This document shows, piece after piece, positions 25,501 through 35,100 of a stretch of 60,396 nucleotides of DNA. This stretch comes from Burkholderia sp. (GTDB lineage Bacteria > Pseudomonadota > Gammaproteobacteria > Burkholderiales > Burkholderiaceae): NCBI GenBank assembly GCA_040946865.1, contig JAYFSB010000001.1, forward strand, positions 1-60,396, given 5' to 3'. Both the position numbers and the translations under genes were made by a program. Within the stretch, counting starts at the first letter, position 1, and each line of letters opens with the position of its first letter. The notes under the pieces were generated by a model. The model was not told the origin of the DNA, did not search any database, and was given only the letters and a program-made list of their open reading frames with translations.

Positions 25501-26445
25501 GACGCTTTCGCAGCCTATCGCCAGGCGCAGGGGCGGCCGGGCCGCTCGCTGTCGGTCAACTGGCCGTTGTGGGCCGAGGGCGGCATGAACATGAACACGG
25601 CCACCGAACAGTTGCTGACGGCCGGTACTGGCATCCGGCCGATGCAAGCCACCACTGGCTGCCGTGCGCTGGCCCACGCACTGGCCGGCGAACTCACGCA
25701 AGTGCTGGCCCTGGAGGGTGAGCCGGTGCACATGCGCGCCGCCTTGCTCGAGCAGCCCGCGCCGTCGGCCGCCGGCGTGGCGTTGCCGACGGCCACCCTG
25801 CCGGGCCAGGTGCGCGAGCTGGTGGCGGCCCTGCTCAAGGTCGAGCCGGACGAGATCGAAGCGGGCCAGGACATCGGCGACTATGGCCTGGACTCGATCG
25901 GTTTCACCCATCTCGCCAACCAGCTGAACCAGCGCTTCGGCGGTACCTTGCGGCCGACCGATTTCATGGAGCTGGAGACGGTCAGCGTAGAGCGTATCGC
26001 CCGCCTGCTGCAGCAGCAACTGCCGGCTACCGGAGGGGCGGCCGGTGCCGCCGATGCCGCCGGTGCCGCGACCCCGGCAGCGCGGCCAGGCTTGGCCCCA
26101 AGCTCGGGTGCCGCGCCAGCGTCGCGCGACGTCCGTCGTCACGCGCATCACAACGAGCGCCTACGGGAGCAGGTGCGCGAGGCCGTGGCGGCTTTGCTCA
26201 AGGTGGAGATCGAGGCAGTCGACCCGGATCTCAACATCAGCGACTACGGCGTCGATACGATCGGCTTCACGCACCTGGCCAACCATCTCAACGAACAACA
26301 CGGCACCCGCTTGCGGGCCACCGATTTTCTCGAATTGGAGCAGGTAAGCGTGATTCGCATCGCACGCCTGCTGCGCGAGGGCTCGCGCGAGCCGCTCGAC
26401 GCGACCGGGGCGGAGCCATCCCTGGTCGCGATCGAGGGACGATGA
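22591..26445 (+). CDS. Trans-AT PKS, about 1,284 aa: KS-KR-ACP-ACP(Ser->Thr), no thioesterase (lgaD-like)
   Basis: TTG start at 22591 overlaps the upstream TGA and follows a GGGAGA RBS, so the ORF-track start at 21754 is an overextension. KS NSACSS / EAHGTGT / NIGHGE; KR GGAGGLG, LRD, YAGAN; ACPs GLDSIG and GVDTIG. Confidence 0.92.
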   Translation: MKRDLNHDFDATSPSRDEGRQPHADALGHNTRPLGHVDTAIIGISARYPKAGDWRQFWENLRAGRDCIGEIPPERWDWRAHHDSARGTPGRSYTRWGGFLDEIDRFDPRFFRIAPGEAEHIDPQERLFLESAYLLIEDAGYTPASLSASRRVAVFVGAMNSSYSLLTSQWTLANRVSHVFDFHGPSLVVNSACSSSLSAIHLALESLATGTSEVAIAGGVNLIMHPAHYARLASVGMLSAGPHCRAFGAGADGFVDGEGVGAVLLKPLQRAIEDGDQIYGVIKGSALNAGGRTHGYTVPSPLAQGHLVAEAIARAGFAPCSIGYVEAHGTGTELGDPIEVRGLTEAFGAAGVVPWCSLGSVKSNIGHGEGVAGIAGLTKLLLQMRHGQFAPSLHAETLNPRINFSGTPFTVQRELVPWPRLAGYPRRAGVSSFGAGGANAHLLVEEYVAPAVSSPADAGSPALIVLSAANPDRLRAVAQRLLDFLAGEFGRGITLAELAYTLQVGREALAERLGFVADSLAQVHACLAAFLQNREVERPLLRTSLSRGRDGRSAMLDDEGFAQTLRSWVERGKHELLLKLWGQGEPLDWSLLYHATRPRRVSLPGYPFVGERYWAPAAVRYAGVIRSRRSRHAVDPDLLLCRPAWRDALLPAAARHELPRRELWLLGSLAGLDDAALPVLPIERFRSEQAELARRCADLYAQVHTRLRQQLRDKPSEPLLLQVAILGRDDEILLSGLSGMLRSLGQESRKLRGQLLMMEGGEDRATWQARLDDNAAAARPREDWVRYRQGRRETWTLQELPPAAGEPAVPWRAQGVYLLSGGAGGLGLLFAEEIARRAEGATVILASRSAPDEARRARLATLGQQGLAIRHAVLDITDAAAVQALVDEIVATHGRLDGVLHMAGVLRDGYLLDKERDSVDQVLAPKLLGALHLDLATRTLPLDCFVLFSSAAALFGNAGQADYAGANGFLDAFAAYRQAQGRPGRSLSVNWPLWAEGGMNMNTATEQLLTAGTGIRPMQATTGCRALAHALAGELTQVLALEGEPVHMRAALLEQPAPSAAGVALPTATLPGQVRELVAALLKVEPDEIEAGQDIGDYGLDSIGFTHLANQLNQRFGGTLRPTDFMELETVSVERIARLLQQQLPATGGAAGAADAAGAATPAARPGLAPSSGAAPASRDVRRHAHHNERLREQVREAVAALLKVEIEAVDPDLNISDYGVDTIGFTHLANHLNEQHGTRLRATDFLELEQVSVIRIARLLREGSREPLDATGAEPSLVAIEGR

Positions 26446-26495
26446 GCCTTTTGCCGCCGCCATCCCCGATCACAAGCTGAGTGGAGGACTTTTTG

Positions 26496-27620
26496 ATGAG
26501 CGTTTACATGTTTCCGGGTCAGGGTTCCCAAGCCAAAGGCATGGGTGCCGACCTGTTCGCCTCGTTCCCGGAACTGACCGAGACGGCCGACCGCATCCTC
26601 GGTCACTCGATCCGCGAACTGTGCCTGGAAGACCCGCAGCGGAAACTGGGTCAGACCCGCTACACGCAGCCGGCGCTGTACGTGGTCAATGCACTGTCTT
26701 ATCGCCGGTGCCTGCACGAGCATGGCGCGCCCGCTTATGTGCTGGGCCACAGCCTGGGCGAATACAACGCGCTGGAGGCGGCCGGCGTGATCGGCTTCGA
26801 GGACGGTCTGCGCCTGGTGCACAAGCGCGGCGAGCTGATGAGCGAGGCCCCGACCGGCGCGATGGCAGCGGTGATCGGTCTGGATGAGGTGGCGATCGGC
26901 GCGCTGCTGGGCAGGCACGGCCTGGATGCGATCGACATCGCCAACCTCAACGGCCCGAGCCAGACCATCATTTCCGGGCTGAAGGAAGACATCGTCCGCG
27001 CCGCGCCGCTGTTCGAGGCTGAGCAGGCGCGCTTCGTGCCGCTCAATACTAGCGGTGCCTTCCACTCGCGCTACATGGCCGCGGCCAGCCAGGCCTTCGC
27101 CGCCTACCTGGGCGAGTTCCATTTCAATAAGCCGCGTATCCCGGTGATCTCGAACGTCGAGGCTCAGCCGTATGCGCTCGAGCGTGTCGCTGAGCTGCTG
27201 GCCGCGCAGATCATGCGGCCGGTGCAGTGGACCCGCTCGGTTCACTACCTGCTGGAGCTGGGACAGAGCGAATTCCTCGAACTCGGGCCGGGGCAGGTGC
27301 TGACACGGCTGCTGGTCGACATCAGGAAGCATGCGTCCGCCGTGGTCGCGTCCTCGGCCGTTGCGGCGGCAAGCGTCACGCCCCCGGTGCCCGCCTACGA
27401 CCGCGAGCGCGAACTGAGTCAGCTGCAGCAGCGCATCGACGACTGGAACCGCCGCTACCCGGTCAGCACGCGCGTGCAGGTCGACCGCTATCAGCAGCAA
27501 CTGGTCACACGCACCCCGGCGATGTCGCTGTTCGGACATCGCGCAGTGATCTACCTGGAAGGCTATAACGGCTATTTCGAACTGGTCGACGTGCATCCGC
27601 TCCACGGAGCTTCGGCATGA
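26496..27620 (+). CDS. fabD: Discrete trans-acting malonyl-CoA:ACP acyltransferase (FabD-like) with an extra C-terminal domain (lgaE-like)
   Basis: GGAGGA RBS 7 nt before the ATG at 26496; motifs FPGQGSQ, GHSLG (catalytic Ser), conserved Arg in HKRGELM, and AFHS (malonyl-specific). Confidence 0.95.
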   Translation: MSVYMFPGQGSQAKGMGADLFASFPELTETADRILGHSIRELCLEDPQRKLGQTRYTQPALYVVNALSYRRCLHEHGAPAYVLGHSLGEYNALEAAGVIGFEDGLRLVHKRGELMSEAPTGAMAAVIGLDEVAIGALLGRHGLDAIDIANLNGPSQTIISGLKEDIVRAAPLFEAEQARFVPLNTSGAFHSRYMAAASQAFAAYLGEFHFNKPRIPVISNVEAQPYALERVAELLAAQIMRPVQWTRSVHYLLELGQSEFLELGPGQVLTRLLVDIRKHASAVVASSAVAAASVTPPVPAYDRERELSQLQQRIDDWNRRYPVSTRVQVDRYQQQLVTRTPAMSLFGHRAVIYLEGYNGYFELVDVHPLHGASA

Positions 27621-29002
27621 AAGCGATCCCGAAAGACTACGCGACACCCAGTATCAGCATCGAGCGGCTTGGCTCGACGGCCTTCAAGCACGACCATGGC
27701 CTGCGCTATCCCTACGTGGCCGGCTCGATGGTGAAGGGCATCGCCTCAGCCGCGATGGTGATCAACATGGGCCGCGCGGGCTTCCTTGGCTACTTCGGCA
27801 CTGGGGCCCTGGACACGGCCTCGATCGAGTGCGCCATCCTCGAGATCCAGGCCGCGCTCGGCGACGGGCAGCCCTACGGCATGAACCTGCTGAGCAACGC
27901 CTCCACGCCGCAGGCCGAGATGGACACGGTGGGCCTGTTCCTCAAGCACGGCGTGCGGCGCGTGGAGGCTTCCGCCTACATGCAGATCACTGCGCCGCTG
28001 GTGAAGTACCGCGCCAGCGGGCTGCGACGCGACGCGAAAGGCACCGTGGTGGTACCCAATATGATCCTCGCCAAGCTCTCACGTCCCGAAGTGGCTACTC
28101 TGTTCCTGAGCCCGCCGCCGGACAAGCTGCTGGCCGAACTGGTGGCAGGCGGGGCGATCAGTGCCGCCGAGGCCGAGTTGGCGCGTCTGTTGCCGATGGC
28201 CGACGACATCTGTGTGGAAGCCGATTCGGGTGGCCATACCGACATGGGCGTGCTGTCCGCACTGCTGCCCAGCATCGTGCGCCTGCGCGACGAGATGGTG
28301 GCGCGCCACGGCTACACGAGGACCGTGCGGGTCGGTGGTGCCGGCGGCATCGGCACGCCGGAGGCCGCGGCCACCGCCTTCATCCTCGGCGCTGATTTTA
28401 TCCTCACCGGCTCGATCAACCAATGCACGGTGGAGGCCGGCACCAGCGAGGCGGCCAAAGACCTGCTGCAGCAGGTTAACGTGCAGGACATGGACTACTG
28501 CCCTTCGGGCAGCCTGTTCGAGCTCGGTGCCAAGACCCAGGTGCTGAAGAAGGGCGTGTTCTTCCCGGCCCGCGCCAATAAGCTATACGAACTCTGGAAG
28601 AACCACGCGTCCTGGGAGGAGATCGACGCGAAGACGCGTGAGCAGATCCAGGACAAGTACTTCATGCGCAGCTTCGAGTCAGTCTACGAGGAGACTCGCA
28701 CGTATTTCCAGCGCGCCGCGCCCAGCGAGATCGAGAAGGCCGAGAAGAACCCCAGGCACAAGCTGGCCCTGGTGTTCCGCTGGTACTTCGTGCATACCAT
28801 GCGCCTCGCGATGAGCGGATCGAGCCAGCAGAAGGTGGATTACCAGATTCACTGCGGGCCGGCGATGGGTGCCTTCAACCAGTGGGTCAAGGACACCGAG
28901 CTGGAGAACTGGCGCAATCGCCGCGTTGCTGAGATCGCGCGGAGGCTGCTGGAGGATACCGTGCAATTGCTCAATCGTAGTTTCCTGGCGATGAGCGACT
29001 GA
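27617..29002 (+). CDS. PfaD/FabK-family FMN-dependent trans-acting enoylreductase (lgaF-like)
   Basis: Motifs GSMVKGIAS, VEASAYM, AKLSRPEVA, EADSGGHTD, GGIGTP, TGSINQ, FPARANKLY, DYQIHCGPAMGAFN; ATGA overlap with the AT gene. Confidence 0.94.
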   Translation: MKAIPKDYATPSISIERLGSTAFKHDHGLRYPYVAGSMVKGIASAAMVINMGRAGFLGYFGTGALDTASIECAILEIQAALGDGQPYGMNLLSNASTPQAEMDTVGLFLKHGVRRVEASAYMQITAPLVKYRASGLRRDAKGTVVVPNMILAKLSRPEVATLFLSPPPDKLLAELVAGGAISAAEAELARLLPMADDICVEADSGGHTDMGVLSALLPSIVRLRDEMVARHGYTRTVRVGGAGGIGTPEAAATAFILGADFILTGSINQCTVEAGTSEAAKDLLQQVNVQDMDYCPSGSLFELGAKTQVLKKGVFFPARANKLYELWKNHASWEEIDAKTREQIQDKYFMRSFESVYEETRTYFQRAAPSEIEKAEKNPRHKLALVFRWYFVHTMRLAMSGSSQQKVDYQIHCGPAMGAFNQWVKDTELENWRNRRVAEIARRLLEDTVQLLNRSFLAMSD

Positions 29003-29139
29003 GGCGTGCCTCGCGGCGCCCCCACCCCAAGAAAGCGGCGGCCGCCACGCAGGGCCGCCCGATGCGTTGCCTTACCTGCCTGATTTGCCCGGCGGCAGCC
29101 GTGTTCGCCGCCCTTGCCCGTTGAAGCTAGGAGAATGCA

Positions 29140-32100
29140 GTGCTCGAATTGACCAAGCGCTTGGCCGATGGCGTTGTCTCGATCTCGTTACTCGAAGCCT
29201 GCCGCACGAGCGGATTGGGTGCCTTGCTGAAGGATCGAGCGAGGGTGCCGTCGCGAGCCGCGCAACTGACGCAATTGGCGGCGCGATGCGGCATCGACGA
29301 GGCGCGGCTGGAAGCCGCCTTGCAGGCCTTGTGCGAGGCCGGTTGGATCGAATCGATCAAGGATGGGCTGGTGGTGCCGAGCGCCGCATTCGAGCGGGTC
29401 GAGCTGTGGAGTGAGGCCGTCATTGCCGGGTTCGATATGGATCTGGCCGCGGTCTTGCGCGGGCAGGACGGCCGGCAGTTGCAGCACTGGTTGGCACACG
29501 GTGCGGCGGCCAGGGAGGGTCTGGGCGCGTTCGAGGCCGAAGCCGAGGCGCTCGATGCGGCCGCGATGGCACCGCTGCTGTTCGAGCTGGCCCGTCTCGA
29601 CGACGCGGCCTACCTGCAGGGCCGGGACAGCGACTCACTTTCGCCGGCCAATGCGGCGTTGTTGCGCGTCGATTTCCTGCGCCGTGGCTGGGGGCTCGCG
29701 GAAGAGATCGGTCTGCGCCTGAGCGCGCAAGGCCGAGAAGTGCTGCAGCAAGCGGCGGCGTTGGGGCCTTTGCTGTTCCTGGCGCGTCGCGCCGAAGCCG
29801 ATGCCAGAACGCTGGACTCGGCCGTCGCGCTGTACCAGGCCAATCAACGCTGGCACCGCGCCTTGGATGATGCGTCCATCGAAGCCGACATCGACGCGGA
29901 TGACGCTTGGCCGACCCGCGCCTATGTGATGGCAGCGGCGGCGATGGGCTGCCTGCCTGAACGGCCCGGCCCCTCGCGGCAAACGGTGGAGCCCGGCCCA
30001 GCACGCTTCGCGCTGCACCAATGGACGGCGCGTCCTTATCTCGTCCGCCATCCCTCGCTGGACGATCTCGCCATCCTGCGCGAGCTGGACCTGGCCAGCT
30101 GGCCAGAAGGCCTGGCCGTCCCCGAAAGCGAGCTGCGCCGCCGTATCGAGCAGTTCCCGCAAGGCCAGCTGCTGATCGAGCAGGACGGCCAGGTAATCGC
30201 TTCCCTCTACACGCAGCGCATCGATACGCTCGACCAGTTGCGGAACACGCCGTATGCACGATGCGCCGAGATCCATCATCCGCGGGGCGCGCTGGCGCAC
30301 CTGATGGGGATCTGCGTGGCACCCGATCGGCAGGGGCACGGGTTGGCCGACCAACTGATCGACTTCGGCCTGGTCTACCTGGCGAGCTGCGAGGGCATCA
30401 ACAGTGTTGCCGCGGTGACGCGTTGCCACGAGTATGGCCGCGCCGAGGGCAACTGCTCGCTCGACGACTACATCCGGCAGTGCGACGACGAGGGACGCTA
30501 TCGCGAGCCGATGCTGCAGTTCCACGCTTCGCACGGCGCGACCATTCACGAGGTGGTGCCGGGTTTCCGCCCGGAGGACCGTGCCAACCATGGCACGGGC
30601 GTGCTGATCGAATATGCGCGTTATCGCCAGGCCGCCGAGGCCGCGACGGCAACCGAGCCCGCCGTCGATCCAGTAGTGCGGCCCAGCCGTGCCGGGCTGG
30701 GAGTGGACGTGGCCGATGCCGTGCGTGCAAACATCCTGGAAGTGTTGGGCGAGGCGCGTGCGGAGGCCTATGGTCCTCAAGTACCCTTAATGGAAATGGG
30801 CTTTAGCTCCTTCCACCTGCAAGAACTGCGGCGCAGCCTGGGCGAGTGCGTGGGCCTGAAGCTCGAAGCGACCTTCTTCTTCCAGCACGGCACGCCGGCG
30901 GCGATCATCGATCATCTGCGCGAACAGCTGGCCCCGGTCGGCGTCGAGCAGGACGACGTTCTGCGGCAGGCGGACGCGGGAGCCTCCTGTCCGTCGGCCT
31001 CTGCCGACGATATCGACTCCCCCGAACGCATCGCCGTGATCGGCGTGGCCTGCCGCTTTCCCGGCGGCGTCGGCAATCCCGAGCAGTTCTGGACTTTGCT
31101 GGAAAATGGCGTCGATGCGATCGGCGAGCGCGGCTCCAGCGTGTCCCCGGCAGCAGGCTCGACGCGGCGCGGCGGCTTCATCGACGAGGTGGACTGTTTC
31201 GACGCTGGCTTCTTCCGCATCTCGCCGCGCGAGGCCGAACTGGTCGACCCGCAGCACCGCCTACTGCTGGAAGTTGTGTGGGAAGCACTGGAGCAGGCCG
31301 GCATCGCGCCAGGGCGACTGGCCGGCAGCGACACTGGCGTGTTCGTCGGCGTGATGGGCCACGACTACGAGCGCCTGCTGCGTCAGCAGGGCAGCGCGCA
31401 GCCGTTCGATCCGTATTTCGCCACCGGCAACGCCAATTCGATTGCGGCCGGGCGCATCGCCTACTACTACGACTGGCACGGCCCGACACTGGCGGTGGAT
31501 ACCGCCTGTAGTTCTTCCCTGGTGGCCACGCACCTAGCCTGCGAAAGCCTGCTGGCCGGCGAATGCGACCTGGCCCTGGCCGGCGGCGTGAACCTACTGC
31601 TGCACGAGGACATGTTCGCCGCCTTCGAGCAGGCCGGTATGCTGTCGCCTGAGGCGCGCTGCAAGACCTTCGACGCCTCGGCCGACGGCTACGTACGCGG
31701 CGAGGGTTGTGCGGTGCTGGTGCTCAAGCGTTTGTCGGAGGCGCGACGCGACGGCGATCCGGTGTGGGCGGTGATTCGCGGCAGCGCGATCAACCAGGAC
31801 GGTGCCAGCGCCGGCCTGACCGCGCCGAACCAGAAGGCCCAGCAGGCGGTGATCGAGGCCGCGCTGCGCAAGGGCGGGGTAATGCCGCACGCGCTGCGTT
31901 ACCTGGAAGCCCATGGTACCGGCACGCGACTGGGCGACCCGATCGAGGTGCTGGCGGCTTCCGCCGCGCTCGGCGCGGGGCGTTCGGCCGGGGAGCCCCT
32001 GCTGCTGGGTTCGGTGAAAACTAATATTGGGCACCTGGAGGCCGCCTCCGGCGTGGCGGGTTTGATCAAGGTGATGCTGTCGATGCGTCATGGCCTGATT

Positions 32101-35100
32101 CCACGCCATCTGCATCTGCGGCAGCTCAATCCGCATCTGGACTGGGCGGGGCTGCCGGTCGAGGTAGTCGGCGAGGCGCGTGCCTGGCCCGCGGGGCCGA
32201 AGCTGGCCGGCGTCAGCAGCTTCGGCTTCAGCGGCACCAATGCGCACGTGGTGCTGGAGGAATACCCCGCCGAGCCAGCGAATGCGACGCAGTCGAGCGC
32301 CTTGTTGCTGTTGTCGGCCAAACGCCCGGAACTGCTGCAGGCACAGGCCCGGCAACTGCACGAGGCGCTCGGCACGTTTGGCGAGGCGGACCTGGCGGAT
32401 ATCGCCTACACCTTGCAGGTGGGGCGCGACGCGATGGAATACCGTCTGGCCCTGGCCGGCGGTAGCCTGGCGGAGCTACACCAGGCGCTGGCGCGCTTCC
32501 TGGCCGGCGAGGCCGGCATTCGCCAGCTCTGGCAGGGGCGTGCCGGGCAGCAGGGCGAGCTGCTCGGCAGCTTCGTGCTCGACGAGACCTTCAATGCCTC
32601 CATCGCCACCAGCCTGGCCGGCTGGTTCGCGCGCGGCGAGCTTGGCAAGCTCGCCGAGCTGTGGGTGCAGGGCCTGGATGTCGACTGGCACCATCTGTAT
32701 GGCGCGAACCCGCCGCGCCGGATCGGCCTGCCGACCTATCCCTTCGTGAAGGAGCGTCACTGGCTGCCGCCGGCAGTCGTTCAGACCGTCGCGGATTTGG
32801 GCGGTGCGTCGCTGCATCCGCTGGTGCACCGGAACACCTCCGATCTGGTCGAGCAGCGCTACAGCAGCCGGTTGGACAAGCACGTCTTCTACCTGCGCGA
32901 TCACGTGGTGCAGGGCCGGCATGTGCTGCCTGGCGTGGTCCAGCTGGAATGGGCGCGCGCGGCGATGACGCTGGCTCTCGGCGAGACGCCGGCCGCCTTG
33001 CGCCTGGAGCAGGTGAGCTGGGTGCAGGCGCTGACGGTGGATCAAGCGCTGGAGGTGCATATCGGCATCGATGCCGAGGAGGGCGGCCGGCTCGCTTATG
33101 AAATCCATCGCGGCTTGGGCGACGATGCCGAGGTCTACAGCCTGGGCTGGGGCCGGCTCGGCACCAGCAGCGAAGCGCCAGGCCTGGACCTGGCCGCCTT
33201 GCGATCGCAATGCACGCGGCAGATGGACGGCCCAGCCTGTTATGCGCGTTTCGCGCGCACGGGCCTGGCCTATGGGCCGGCCTTCCAGGTGCTGACCGAG
33301 CTGCGCGTGGGCGAGGAGGTGACGATCGGCCGGCTGCAGGCACCGGCAGGCATCGAACTGGGCGATTTCCGCTGGTCGCCCAGTCTGCTCGACGGTGCCT
33401 TGCAGGCCAGCTACGGCCTGATCGACGAGACCGCCGGCCTGCAACTGCCGTTCGCGGTGGAAAGCGTGGAGCAATGGCATGCGCTGCCCGAATCGGCGCT
33501 GGTCGTGGTGCAGCGCGCCGCCGGCGACAGCGGGGCGCTGCGCAAGCTCGATATCTCGATCGTCGACGAAAACGGCCGCGTGGCGCTGCGTCTGGCCGGC
33601 TTCAGCACGCGCGCCGTGCAAGTCGCCGCGCCAGCGGACAGCCTGCTGATGGCGCCGCGCTGGCAGGCGCAGCCGGTCGCCGAGGAGCGGCCCGAGCTCG
33701 GCTATCGAACGCATCGCGTGGTTCTGTGCGAGGTCGAAGCGCCCGCTGGCGGCCTTGATGCGGCGGCGCTGCCGACGGCGAGCTCGGTGCATTGGCGGGT
33801 GCCAGGCAGCCTGGACGAACGTTATACGCATTACGCCGGGCAATTGCTCGGCGAGCTGCAGGCGCTGGCGGCCGACCAACCCGCGGATCCGGTGCTGTTG
33901 CAGCTGGTGGTACCCGCGCAAGGTGAGGCCGCGGTGCTGCAAGGGCTAGCCGGATTGCTACGCACAGCGCAGCAGGAGTATCCCTGGCTGCACAGCCAGG
34001 TGATCGCGCTGCCGGCTGGTGCTTCGTTGGTAGATTGCCTGGCGCGTGAAGCCGGGGTGCCGGCACCGCGCGTGCGCTATCAGGCGGACACGCGCGAGGT
34101 GATGGACTTCGTGGATGTGCCGCCGGCCGCGACGGCCATGCCCTGGCGCGAAGGCGGCGTGTACTGGATCACCGGCGGCCTGGGCGGCCTGGGCCTGCTA
34201 TTCGCCACACATATCGCGCGCCAGGTGCAGGTGCCGGTGCTTGTGCTGAGCGGCCGGCGCGAGCCGGGCGCGGCAGGGCAAGCGCAATTGCAGGCGTTGC
34301 GGGCACTTGGCGTGAGCGTGGAGTATTACGCGGTCGATATTGTCGATGCGGCAGCGACGTCCGCCTTGGCGCGGGATATCATCTCCCGTCATGGCCGCCT
34401 GAACGGCGTGATCCATAGTGCCGGGCTGTTGCGCGACGGCTTGCTGCACACCAAGACCATCGACGAGCTGAGACAGGTGCTGGCATCCAAGGTGGCCGGC
34501 ACGATGGCGCTGGACCAGGCCACCGCGGATATTGAGCTTGACTGGCTGCTGCTGTGCTCGTCGATGACCGCCGTGATCGGCAACATCGGGCAAGGCGACT
34601 ACGGTGCCGCCAATGCCTATCTCGACGCCTATGCGGCCCATCGCGAGCAACTCGTCGCGCAAGGGCTGCGCCGCGGCCGCACGCTGTCGGTGAGCTGGCC
34701 GCTGTGGGCCGGTGGCGGCATGCAGATCGATGCTGAGGGCCAGGCCCAGCTGCATCGCAGCACCGGCATGCTGAGCCTACCGAGCGAGGTCGGCCTGGCC
34801 GCGCTGGAGCAGTTGCTGGCCGCACCGCGCGCACATAGTCTGCTGCTTTATGGCGACCGCGCGCGCTTGCTGGCCCATGTGCAGGCGCTTCATCGCGCGC
34901 CCGCGCCGGTCGCGCGCAGCAGCGTGCCGGTGCCAGCCGCCGGTAGCCGGGACGCCTTGCGCAAAGCGGCAGGGCGTTATCTCACGCGCCTGCTGTCCTC
35001 GAGCCTGAAGCTGCCACCGCAGCGTATCGATGCGCAGGCACCGCTGGAGCAATACGGCATCAATTCGATCCTGGTGGTCAGCCTGACCCGCGATCTTGAA

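Noticed and set aside
29003..29139. GC-rich hairpins between the ER and the loading PKS (GGCGGCC/GGCCGCC) as a terminator or riboswitch
   Set aside because: Short stems are expected by chance at this GC content; there is no U-tract and no recognisable RNA family motif.
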